Positions 1 through 10,315 of a DNA stretch of 64,000 nt are shown here, piece by piece. The first letter of the stretch is position 1, and every line of letters begins with the position of its first letter. Both the position numbers and the translations under genes were made by a program. The stretch covers positions 11,780,001 to 11,844,000 of the forward strand of contig OZ059898.1 in assembly GCA_964057225.1 (NCBI GenBank), read 5' to 3'. A model generated the notes under the pieces. It was not told where the DNA came from. It did not search any database and was given only the letters and a program-made list of their open reading frames with translations. The stretch comes from Auanema rhodensis. Lineage: Eukaryota > Animalia > Nematoda.

Positions 1-623
1 AAAAACACAATTGATGCTGAAATAGCTGCAATTGAAATTTGAGCAAATCAAACAATTATGTCAACAACGATAAATAGGAAAAACCTTGATAATTGAGTTC
101 ATATAATAAGGCTCAGATAACTTTACTTATTCTTCCACTGTTCTAGCTTCTCTGTTATTCATTTTTAAAAACTAAGAGACAAGTGAAAAGAGAGAGAGAG
201 AAAGAGAGAGAGAGAGGGAAAGGTCTGAGTAACTGGAAAATAATAAAGGATGAAGGGGGGACAGAGAGAAGAGAACTGCTTGCAGTGTCAGTAAAGAGTC
301 TTCAATTATTTAAATTTTTCATTTTAATCGTCTTCTTTTCTGTGACAAAACCATCGTATTCACGTAGTAAATAGATCTCAACATCTTTTCCCTTTTTTTT
401 CAAAAAAATTTTTAATAAATGAATACGTGCATCCTTTTTTTCTTTTTCTCTTCTTCGTCATTTTTAAAGATAAATATACAAGAAGCGACGAAAAAAATGG
501 ATAAAGAGATCATTTCGGCTTTTCTATTCTTCAACCCAAAAAAGGAAAAAGTCTTCTGTTCATCCTTAAAGATTTTTCCTATTCCTCTCTTGCACCCCCC
601 CCTCTCTCTCTCTCTCTCTTTCT

Positions 624-671
624 AGTAGCATAGGAAGGAGGGATTATAAAACCATTTTCGACTTTTCAGTC
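624..671 (+). repeat. Left terminal inverted repeat
   Basis: Reverse complement of 2834-2881 with one mismatch (position 6). Confidence 0.95.
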
Positions 672-902
672 ATTTTAACATATTTTCTTTCTCTTATGAC
701 AGAGAATCACCTCATTTACAACATTTTTTTGAAAAAAGTGTAAATTGAATGAATTTGAAAAGTTTTAAAAAGTGCTCATTTTCAATAATTTTTGTACATT
801 TCCAACCAATTTTTTCATTTTCACATTTTTAAAAAATATCAAGGATGTCGATTTTAGAAAGAAAGTGGTATTATCTCTGAAGTTAAAATATAAGGCCAAT
901 AA

Positions 903-1313
903 ATGAAATTCTCAATAGACCTGAAGCCTCTTACTATCTTCGAACTCATAGAATTAGCAGAAATATTGGGAATCAAGGATTTTAGAGGAGTCTTTATGAG
1001 AGATACTTTACCTTCTAAGATTAAAGAAAGAGAAGTAGGAATTCTCAATCTAGATTCTTCTAATTATAAAGGTACTCATTGGGTTTGTTATTCCAAAAAC
1101 AAAGAAAATATTTGTTACTTTGATTCTTTTGGATTAGATCCACCTCTAGAACTTCAACAATATCTCAAGAATAACAATAAGAAAGATAAAATACTTTTAT
1201 CAACATTTCAAATTCAAAAATTTGGAACACATCATTGTAGTTATTATTGTTTGTTACTTCTAAAATTATTAGAATCTTATGATTATCAAAAGTCAATAAT
1301 TGGTCTGATGTGA
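903..1313 (+). CDS. Maverick/Polinton adenain-like cysteine protease (PRO), 136 aa, intronless
   Basis: FRGVFMRDTLP, ILNLD, GTHWV (His), YFDSFG (Asp), FQIQ..GTHHCSYYC (Gln/Cys). Confidence 0.9.
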   Translation: MKFSIDLKPLTIFELIELAEILGIKDFRGVFMRDTLPSKIKEREVGILNLDSSNYKGTHWVCYSKNKENICYFDSFGLDPPLELQQYLKNNNKKDKILLSTFQIQKFGTHHCSYYCLLLLKLLESYDYQKSIIGLM

Positions 1314-1705
1314 ATGCCATCATCCATTACAACACCTTTTGGACACACCAGAGATAAGCTAGTTTTACTCAATTCATAAGTCTTCATTGTCTTATCAATG
1401 AACCTGAATCCTTTATTTTCTCCAATTATCAATTCATTAAGCTTTTGAGGTTTTTCTCTTTTGTCAAGATATCACTATTTCTATCTTTTTGAATTCCTTT
1501 AGCTGATAATTTATTCTCTTTTCCACCCCAAACAAAGTAAGTCTTACTAATCAACGCAACCATTCCATCACCTTCTTCAATTTTTAAATAATCCAGGTGT
1601 TCTTTTATCGTATGCTTTGAATTCTACTCTAGGGAAAAATTTATATTTTATCTTCTCGTATTCTTCTCTCAAATGTGGCTTAATCAGACTTTCAAATCTC
1701 CAGAC
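1286..1705 (-). pseudogene. C-terminal fragment of protein-primed DNA polymerase B (pPolB), 5'-truncated and frameshifted
   Basis: FESLIKPHLREEYEK..FFPR..YDKRTPGLFK/IEEGDGMVALISKTYFVWGGKENKLSAKGIQK../ENKGFRF..KTYELSKTSLS..VMDDGIHIRPIIDF*. Frameshifts near 1580 and 1438. Stop at 1286-1288 overlaps the PRO 3' end. Confidence 0.85.
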
Positions 1706-1918
1706 GCAACGCGACACGCAAACGTGTTGGGCTAGAGTGGAAGGGAGAAATGTGAGGGACGAGTGAGCAAGGAGAGAACCTGCCAACATCGCATTCTTCC
1801 ATTAACTTTTGTGAATATAAAAGAGTTCCTTTTCTTCTGCATTGTTATTTTCTCTTTAACTTCGAGTTTGTTAACAACTTTTCCCCTCTCTCTCTCTCTC
1901 TCTCTCTCACTCTCACTC

Positions 1919-1965
<47 letters not shown>

Positions 1966-2006
1966 TTAACCGAATGTGTTTAGAGTCCAGCCTCTGAAGT
2001 TCTAAC

Positions 2007-2839
2007 ATGTCCCGCCATTTTGTTTTGGTAAGTTAAACTTTAATTTTCTACTTTATTTTAGGTATCACTCATTATTTACAAGTATTGTTAATAAATAATT
2101 AGAACTTTTTTACTATTAAATGAACACTTTCAGGAAAATGGTCGCCGTATTCAAAAAAAGTTCAAGATTGCTAAAGCTCACATCGAATCGAAGTGAGAAT
2201 TTGATTTCCTATTATTTTTTATTTTGCTTCATTTTTTTAAATTTATATGTCTTAGATATCTTAAAGGAGTGGATCTGGACACGCAGGAAGTCTATAACGA
2301 TGCTCTTATCGAGATCATTGAGGAACTTGATGATCTATTTCGACAACAATCAGGTATGCAACCTCTGAACTTTTTTGCTTTTTTTCACAACAACTTTAAA
2401 AGCATTATTCTTATTTGATAAATTTAAAACTTTACCTGGAATCATCAAAAACATTTTGTATTTAATTCGTGGCCACAACGATCCGAGCATTCTTTCGCCG
2501 AAAGTTGACAACGTATATTTCTTTTTATTATTCCGTTAACAATAAATTATAATATTTGACTAATAGATAAAAATGTATACTTACTCAATTAACAACTCAC
2601 TATTGTATTTAGCGTTCCGCGACATTCAGAATCTTACGCCGACTGGAACGACAGATCATCGCTGTTTGCATTCTCGCGGATATTTCTGAACTTGGTATTT
2701 TTGCATATTTTTATAATGTTTTATGTTTTATTAATTTTGTATTATAGGTCCTGCAGCAAATGCAGATGAAGCTAGAGTCTTATCTCGAGCATATCTGCTG
2801 ATGGAGCGACTTTACGAAATGGCTTCGCAGCAAGACTGA
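2007..2839 (+). CDS. Six-exon orphan gene, 153 aa, inside the Maverick TIRs
   Basis: Exons 2007-2027, 2134-2192, 2256-2353, 2403-2512, 2613-2694, 2748-2839. Five GT-AG introns with matching phases give a stop-free 462-nt CDS (MSRHFVLENGRRIQKKFKIAKAHIESKYLKGVDLDTQEVYNDALIEIIEELDDLFRQQ...RAYLLMERLYEMASQQD*). Confidence 0.75.
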
Positions 2840-2881
2840 AAAGTCGAAAATGGTTTTATAATCCCTCCTTCCTATACTACT
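2834..2881 (-). repeat. Right terminal inverted repeat
   Basis: Begins AGTAGT on the minus strand; followed on the plus strand by TSD CTTTCT. Confidence 0.95.
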
Positions 2882-4132
2882 CTTTCTCTTTTTAAAAAAA
2901 TACAAGGAAAGACGTAAGCGGAAAATCGACGAGTAAATGAGCAATATATGCGCATAATTGTCTCAATAAATCTCTTAAGAAGATCATGTTTCTAATTTAA
3001 AAGATAGTAAAATGCTTAGTGATTTCCCTCTTTCTTCTATTTCTAGTTCCTTGATCATTTTTTATCTAATATGATTGCAGATGTATGTGCTTGGTTTCTA
3101 CAATATTGCTTTTCGAATGGAGTCAGATGAATATACGTAGAGGAATGGAAACGGATGTCCATGGTTATCCTAGATTCCTGGACAACAACGATGATATGCA
3201 CACCGATTATACTTCACACTTGCTGCATATATGTATATAGTAAAGATATTTCATAATGTTGTATTTGTTTCTAAGTAAAAAAAGAAAAAAAAAAGAAGAT
3301 GAAAATAATAATAATAATAATGTTTTAAATTATATATTAGAAAGAATTTTTGGTGTGAAAATCACATGTAGAGTATGGCTTTCTAATAAAGTTGTCCCAC
3401 CTCCTCGCTTTTCTTTCATTCATGTCGTCAACTCTTTACAACTTATTCGGAAAAATGACGTGATATCTATATATGCTAATTTTTTGTTGAAAAGTAAAAG
3501 ATACTTATAGCTTTATATATCAAAGATTGAAAAAATTGTCATGATGGCATGATATATGTACACAAAAGCTGGAAAAATCATCACTATTGTAACCAAAAAT
3601 AGCGATTCCGAATGAAAAATTTAAGAAAAATGCTTTTCATTCATCTGCTTGAACGTTATCCTTTGATTTCAATGGAATTATAAAGGTACATTAAACACAT
3701 TGAGAAATATGCTTGACTGCTGGGCAACAACGAAGGAAAAAGGGAAGTTAGAAGAGAAGATTAGAAAGAGAGAATAGGCAAAAGATGAGGAACAGACAAA
3801 GTTTCTTTAAGGTTTTTTCGACGATTCACACTCACACGTCATTTGTTAACGTCGTAAAAGAAGTAATAAAGAATTAAGAGTAGATAAATCTATTAATAAA
3901 TGGATTTGATGGTGTTGTATCCCCCCCCCACGCTAGTTTTTTCCTTAAAACTTCATATTTTTCTTTAATTTATGTCGATACTTAGTAGTACATGTACTAT
4001 ATAAGTATATGCTCTTGAAATTTGGGATTTGAACTCATTTGAAGTTCATGGAGAAAGCAGAGATTTTCTACAAAACCTCTGTCAAATGCTTGGGAAACAA
4101 TTAAAGATGAACGTACTAGTTGAGTAGTAGAG

Positions 4133-4136
<4 letters not shown>

Positions 4137-4198
<62 letters not shown>
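4137..4198. repeat. (GA)n microsatellite, representative of many (also ~1865-1962, 4451-4502, 8527-8580, 10250-10311, 12900-13023, 15279-15351, 15763-15829, 27266-27321)
   Basis: Direct inspection. Confidence 0.95.
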
Positions 4199-4200
<2 letters not shown>

Positions 4201-4449
4201 CATTCAGTAAAATGCAATATGAGAACTCAATTATGTATTTAATTATATAAAATAATATATTATATTGTTTCTAAAAAAAATAAGGAATGTTTAGTATATT
4301 AATTTACTAATTATATATATATATATAATATTTATGTTTCTTCACTTATGAACCTTGTACGTACAAACACAGACGGACACACACGAAATGGCTTGTACAT
4401 GAATGTCCATCAACGGTCACATATTCTTTTGAAAAAATAAGTAAAAAGC

Positions 4450-4506
<57 letters not shown>

Positions 4507-5761
4507 TAAAAGAAATTGAGAAAGGATATGAAAGAGATAGAAAACAGATATTTTCTGAAAGCTTTTCTAAAAGAATGACAAATAAATTACGGAAGTTTAA
4601 GAAGATATTTCAAGCCATTCATCGTATATGTATGTACATTAGTATACTTCAAATTGTTTTTATTTTTCAAATAAACAATATTATTTATATGTATAGTATT
4701 AGTTAGTAATTCTAAAATATTTTAGCTTAATTGTTCTTTTCTTTTCTTTTTTTGAATTTTTAATATATTTTCCCATGTTAATGATGTTATCTTAATTATA
4801 TTTTTCTTTCAGTTTTTCAAGATTTACTTAATTACATTCACATATCTAATCTGGAATCACCGTAATGGTCTGGAGAAAAAAATAATTTTTGATGGTTTAA
4901 TGAAACCTAAAGAAATATTGGTTCTTATTGGAAAAAACATATACATATATACTACAATATCTTATAAAATTTTTATAAAAAATATTAAACGATTTGACTG
5001 AGTGAAATCCAATACAAAAATTTGTCTATAAATCATGGAAATGAATACATAATCTTTCTCAATAAAATTTTTATTGACATTTTCTTTAAATAAATAAATA
5101 ATAATTTGTATTTTATTATATTTTTTAAAAACAAATATTGAAATGAAGCATACAAAATACTGGAAAACTCATTGATTGCTCATGAAGATCTTCTGATAAG
5201 ATCACCAATGTCACAATCAACATGCATATACTATTCTATTTCTATATATGTATTTCATATTGTATTCAATATTTTGTTTTTATTATATATTTCTTTAATA
5301 TAAAAGAAAGAAAACATGATAATTCATTTCGATATGATCATACAGCATGAGGTTGCCAAGCTTCAGCACAACAACAACAACAGCAACAGATAGTCAGCTT
5401 TGAAACTTAACTCCAAATGCACTCTATAATACTTAACTCTCAGATCAATATGCTATTTTCTTTTGTTGTAAATAGTTCAATACCTATATCCTCTTGTTTA
5501 CGAACTGCAATTAAACTTTCAAGTATTTCCCTGATGTAAATAATACCTTTATTTCAATTCAAGTATGTGTGCTTTAAATACAAAGAATATGCGATTCTGC
5601 ATTTCTCTTATCTATTGCATCTAAGACTACGACGTTTCTTATCGACTTCTAGATAAGCCCATCATAGTCTACGAGCACTATTTAAAATATCTAATCTGTC
5701 TTCAGAACTAGTGGGTGAGTACCGGCTGTTTCTATCAGGATTGGGTATCACTGAATCCGTA

Positions 5762-5833
5762 GCGTTCGTGGTGTAATGGTCAGCATGGATGCCTTCCAAG
5801 CATTCGACGGGGGTTCGATTCCCCCCGAACGCA
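5762..5833 (+). tRNA. tRNA-Gly(TCC) copy 1
   Basis: GCGTTCG/CGAACGC acceptor stem, CT-TCC-AA anticodon loop, GGTTCGATTCC B box, downstream T4 tract. Confidence 0.97.
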
Positions 5834-5940
5834 TACATTTTCCTTTTCCCGGTTCTTCCAACATGTTGGAACCTTATCTTCTAACCCCAGTGGTCGAGTA
5901 CCGGCTGTTTCTATCAGGATTGGGTATCTCTGAATCCGTA

Positions 5941-6012
5941 GCGTTCGTGGTGTAATGGTCAGCATGGATGCCTTCCAAGCATTCGACGGGGGTTCGATTC
6001 CCCCCGAACGCA
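5941..6012 (+). tRNA. tRNA-Gly(TCC) copy 2
   Basis: Identical to copy 1. Confidence 0.97.
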
Positions 6013-6119
6013 TACATTTTCCTTTTGCCGGTTCGTACGACTTGTTGGATCCTTATCTTCTAACCCCGGTGGTCAAGTATCGGCTGTTTCTATCAGGATT
6101 GGGTATCTCTGAATCCGTA

Positions 6120-6191
6120 GCGTTCGTGGTGTAATGGTCAGCATGGATGCCTTCCAAGCATTCGACGGGGGTTCGATTCCCCCCGAACGCA
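6120..6191 (+). tRNA. tRNA-Gly(TCC) copy 3
   Basis: Identical to copy 1. Confidence 0.97.
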
Positions 6192-6297
6192 TACATTTTC
6201 CTTTTCCCGGTTCTTCCAACATGTTGGATCCTTATCTTTAACCCCGGTGGTCAAGTACCGGCTGTTTCTATCAGGATTGGGTATCTCTGAATCCGTA

Positions 6298-6369
6298 GCG
6301 TTCGTGGTGTAATGGTCAGCATGGATGCCTTCCAAGCATTCGACGGGGGTTCGATTCCCCCCGAACGCA
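6298..6369 (+). tRNA. tRNA-Gly(TCC) copy 4
   Basis: Identical to copy 1. Confidence 0.97.
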
Positions 6370-6476
6370 TACATTTTCCTTTTGCCGGTTCGTACGACTT
6401 GTTGGATCCTTATCTTCTAACCCCGGTGGTCAAGTATCGGCTGTTTCTATCAGGATTGGGTATCTCTGAATCCGTA

Positions 6477-6548
6477 GCGTTCGTGGTGTAATGGTCAGCA
6501 TGGATGCCTTCCAAGCATTCGACGGGGGTTCGATTCCCCCCGAACGCA
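6477..6548 (+). tRNA. tRNA-Gly(TCC) copy 5
   Basis: Identical to copy 1. Confidence 0.97.
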
Positions 6549-6655
6549 TACATTTTCCTTTTCCCGGTTCTTCCAACATGTTGGAACCTTATCTTCTAAC
6601 CCCAGTGGTCGAGTACCCGCCGTTTCTATCAGGATTGGGTATCTCTGAATCCGTA

Positions 6656-6727
6656 GCGTTCGTGGTGTAATGGTCAGCATGGATGCCTTCCAAGCATTCG
6701 ACGGGGGTTCGATTCCCCCCGAACGCA
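6656..6727 (+). tRNA. tRNA-Gly(TCC) copy 6
   Basis: Identical to copy 1. Confidence 0.97.
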
Positions 6728-6834
6728 TACATTTTTCTTTTCCCGGTTCTTCCAACATGTTGGAACCTTATCTTCTAACCCCAGTGGTCGAGTACCCGCC
6801 GTTTCTATCAGGATTGGGTATCTCTGAATCCGTA

Positions 6835-6906
6835 GCGTTCGTGGTGTAATGGTCAGCATGGATGCCTTCCAAGCATTCGACGGGGGTTCGATTCCCCCCG
6901 AACGCA
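6835..6906 (+). tRNA. tRNA-Gly(TCC) copy 7
   Basis: Identical to copy 1. Confidence 0.97.
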
Positions 6907-7013
6907 TACATTTTTCTTTTGCCGGTTCGTACGACTTGTTGGATCCTTATCTTCTAACCCCGGTGGTCAAGTATCGGCTGTTTCTATCAGGATTGGGTAT
7001 CTCTGAATCCGTA

Positions 7014-7085
7014 GCGTTCGTGGTGTAATGGTCAGCATGGATGCCTTCCAAGCATTCGACGGGGGTTCGATTCCCCCCGAACGCA
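7014..7085 (+). tRNA. tRNA-Gly(TCC) copy 8
   Basis: Identical to copy 1. Confidence 0.97.
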
Positions 7086-7192
7086 TACATTTTTCTTTTC
7101 CCGGTTCTTCCAACATGTTGGAACCTTATCTTCTAACCCCAGTGGTCGAGTACCCGCCGTTTCTATCAGGATTGGGTATCTCTGAATCCGTA

Positions 7193-7264
7193 GCGTTCGT
7201 GGTGTAATGGTCAGCATGGATGCCTTCCAAGCATTCGACGGGGGTTCGATTCCCCCCGAACGCA
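7193..7264 (+). tRNA. tRNA-Gly(TCC) copy 9
   Basis: Identical to copy 1. Confidence 0.97.
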
Positions 7265-7371
7265 TACATTTTTCTTTTGCCGGTTCGTACGACTTGTTGG
7301 ATCCTTATCTTCTAACCCCGGTGGTCAAGTATCGGCTGTTTCTATCAGGATTGGGTATCTCTGAATCCGTA

Positions 7372-7443
7372 GCGTTCGTGGTGTAATGGTCAGCATGGAT
7401 GCCTTCCAAGCATTCGACGGGGGTTCGATTCCCCCCGAACGCA
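7372..7443 (+). tRNA. tRNA-Gly(TCC) copy 10
   Basis: Identical to copy 1. Confidence 0.97.
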
Positions 7444-7550
7444 TACATTTTTCTTTTGCCGGTTCGTACGACTTGTTGGATCCTTATCTTCTAACCCCGG
7501 TGGTCAAGTATCGGCTGTTTCTATCAGGATTGGGTATCTCTAAATCCGTA

Positions 7551-7622
7551 GCGTTCGTGGTGTAATGGTCAGCATGGATGCCTTCCAAGCATTCGACGGG
7601 GGTTCGATTCCCCCCGAACGCA
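7551..7622 (+). tRNA. tRNA-Gly(TCC) copy 11
   Basis: Identical to copy 1. Confidence 0.97.
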
Positions 7623-7758
7623 TACATTTTTCTTTTCCCGGTTTTAAAAACATGTTAACCTGGGGTACTCGAAGGACGGGAGATAAGCTTACAACATAGA
7701 AGGCGTCGTTGTTATCATACTAATGTTGTAGTTTTAAAATAAGTCAACAGTAATCAAT

Positions 7759-8015
7759 CTACTCTTGAAGTATAGGTGGATATAATCCGAAAGAATCAAA
7801 GTAGTGAATTTTTCTTTTACCTTGGAACAACAAACCCAACGAGTTCCTTGCCCATCTGAATAATCTAAATTTACAATTCTCACTTCTCTTGACTGTATTT
7901 GAGTAGGTAAACTGTCTCGCTTGTAAATTCCTCGGAAGTTCTAGATTCCCAGTACTTTTATGAGTTCTTTGAGGTAAGGATTTGTAAAAGGTCTCAGATA
8001 TTTCTTGAATTTCAT
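7759..8015 (-). pseudogene. Second, decayed Maverick PRO protease
   Basis: MKFKKYLRPFTNPYLKELIKVLGI*NFRGIYKRDSLPTQIQSREVRIVNLDYSDGQGTRWVCCSKVKE/IHYFDSFGLYPPILQE* aligns colinearly with the 903-1313 protein. In-frame stop at 7941-7943, 1-nt frameshift near 7810, catalytic His replaced by Arg. Confidence 0.88.
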
Positions 8016-8524
8016 TTTTAAGTGCATTTGGCTTTTTGGCAATTTTGGAAAATTTTTGAAAATATCACATTTTTGAAGAATTAAGACATGTTTTCGATTA
8101 AAATAAGAATTAAAATGGCTCACAATGTGTATAAACTAAAAGTGGTCGAAAAGGTGCGCTAGAACGGCAATATATACATTATGAAAACGCTTATTTTCAT
8201 GTTGTTGTTGTGCCAATGCTTTTAGTTTCCTGCTATTGATTACCAGGCTTTATCGCTAGTCTCCGGGGTTTGTAACAACTTAGATGGAACTCTATTCGAT
8301 GCATATCAACAGCCTCATTATCCTTGTCCATATCTCTGGCATTGTTCATGTTTAGAATCAGTTATTGAGTCCGCTTGACAATTGCCATGTGCAGTATCGC
8401 TAAGTTTTGTTGAACATTCACTGAAACAGCTACTCGAATCAGGAACCAGCTCCTTGCCACATGCTCACATCTGCTCCATAGAACTTTCCTTGAACCCACG
8501 CGTAAAAAACAAAATGTTAAGAGC

Positions 8525-8586
<62 letters not shown>

Positions 8587-10050
8587 CAAATCATATCTCA
8601 TGATGTTATGTAAACATCTGATTATCTCATAGTTTTGGTTAAACTTGACATTTGTCATTCCTATTTCTCATACTTAAGCCGGTAATTCAATGAGGTTGTG
8701 TGCTCGTATATGGAGCCTAGAACCGTGAGCTTCTTTTTCCATTTTCTTTTTCATCTTCTTCTTCTGCGTATTCGAAAGCTTATGTGAACGTGGCCTCACA
8801 TTCAACAATTTTCTATACAATAGATGAAAATATTTCATATAAGTTAAGCTTTTTCCTAATTTGTTTCAAAAAATTTCATATTTACTTTCAATTTCACTAA
8901 TTCATAAAATAAAAAAAATGAATTTTTCAATTATTCATCAAATAGAAAAAGTTATTTTATTTATTTTTAAATATTTATTAATATTAAATTATTTATTTAT
9001 TTATTTATTTTAAAACTACTTTTATTCTATTTTACTTAGAAAATATTTTTTTATTTAAAAAAAATTTTTTTTTCTTAAAATTTAAATTTTTCAAAGAGAA
9101 ATTCATTTGTTTTTTAAACTTTTTCTTATTAATATTCATTGTTAAACATAGATGAACATATGATGATGATGTTCTCAATTCTTGAATACAAGATAAATTG
9201 TTATATTGATCGCCAAAATAAGTATAGAATAGACGGCCTAAAGAGCTGACATATTTACTAAAATAAATCTTTTTTTTTCTTCTTTTTCATTTCTTTTAAT
9301 ATTATTTTTATAATTATAATATTTATTTTATTTCATTTATTTATTTCTTTTAATGTTTTAAGAAAGTATTCTTGTCTCTTTACTCTCTCAAACTTTGACC
9401 ACCATTTTTGGTATGAACCTAATTGCAGGCGCATGTAACATATTTAGAAACCTAATAGCTAGCTTGTTAGCCATTTTCTTGTTAATTTTGATCTTTTTTC
9501 CTTTAAACATTTAGACTTTCTAACATCATTTTCTGTATTGTTTGAGCTTAATCCACAACTTTTCGCAACGTTTAAGCATTAAGCAGCAGCTAGTGCTAGC
9601 TGTCGTGCCCAAGATTCAGTTTATGACAACAGAATTTTCATTTTTCTTTTTGTGTTTTTTCGATTCAAATATCTTAAATTCATATTTTTTTAATTTTAAG
9701 TATTACTTTACACTTAAAATAATTTTATTCAAATCATTTATGAAACAAAAAATTAAAAAAAAAAGAATTTTTGAAATCAATAATAAATGGAATTAAAAAT
9801 AAAGTTATTGATTTACGCAATGCAAACTTTTTTTTATCAAAAAACGGGATCTAGAGAGTTGGACTGCAGGATTACTCAGAACCATTTGTTTGTTGTTCAC
9901 GTATGTCTCTATGTGAGTATGTGTGATTAATCTACAATTTTAAAATTTATATGAAAATCTATTTGATATCTTAAATTGATTATTATATTTGATTATTGAT
10001 TATTATATTATATATTTATTATATTATTTTATTAAATTTCAGTTAACAAG

Positions 10051-10262
10051 ATGAATAGAGAAGATGAATCTGATATGGAAAATGACATGATGCTATTCAC
10101 TAACAACTATTCTGATGCTATTAATGACTTACGTCCAATTGATTGTAGCCGTCGAACAAGTACATTAACTATACAAGGAATGAAACGAAGTATCAGCAAT
10201 CTTCTACGACCTTCGAACACGTAAGTACCTTTTTATTAAAATTCTCTTTCTCTCTCTCTCTT

Positions 10263-10315
<53 letters not shown>

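Larger units (their letters stand above)
624..2881. mobile_element. Non-autonomous mini-Maverick/Polinton (2,258 bp) carrying a spliced cargo gene
   Basis: 48-bp TIRs at 624-671 and 2834-2881, 47/48 identical (AGTAG[C/T]ATAGGAAGGAGGGATTATAAAACCATTTTCGACTTTTCAGTC). 6-bp direct repeat CTTTCT at 618-623 and 2882-2887. Internal adenain-type protease and pPolB fragment. AG-initiated termini, a 6-bp TSD, PRO and pPolB are Maverick hallmarks. Confidence 0.93.
5700..7650 (+). repeat. Tandem array of 179-bp units, each with one tRNA-Gly(TCC); 11 copies
   Basis: tRNA starts are 179 nt apart (one 178-nt unit); two spacer variants. Confidence 0.97.

Noticed and set aside
1-170. Possible 5' end of a minus-strand gene
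   Set aside because: The ATG at 162 hits a stop after 11 codons; cannot be modelled at the window edge
2431-2438. Apparent non-canonical TG acceptor in the cargo gene
   Set aside because: A canonical AG at 2401-2402 gives a 49-nt intron and keeps the frame
3080-3240. Exon-like segment after TTGCAG
   Set aside because: No consistent frame or partner exons found
5780-7265. Repeated minus-strand ORFs (MRSGGIEPPSNAWKAS...) and a CRISPR-like repeat/spacer appearance
   Set aside because: The ORFs are antisense translations of the tRNA array. The spacers are near-identical rather than unique, and the DNA is eukaryotic.
8200-8500. GC-richer patch next to the second PRO relic
   Set aside because: No recognisable Maverick or other motif in the frames I translated
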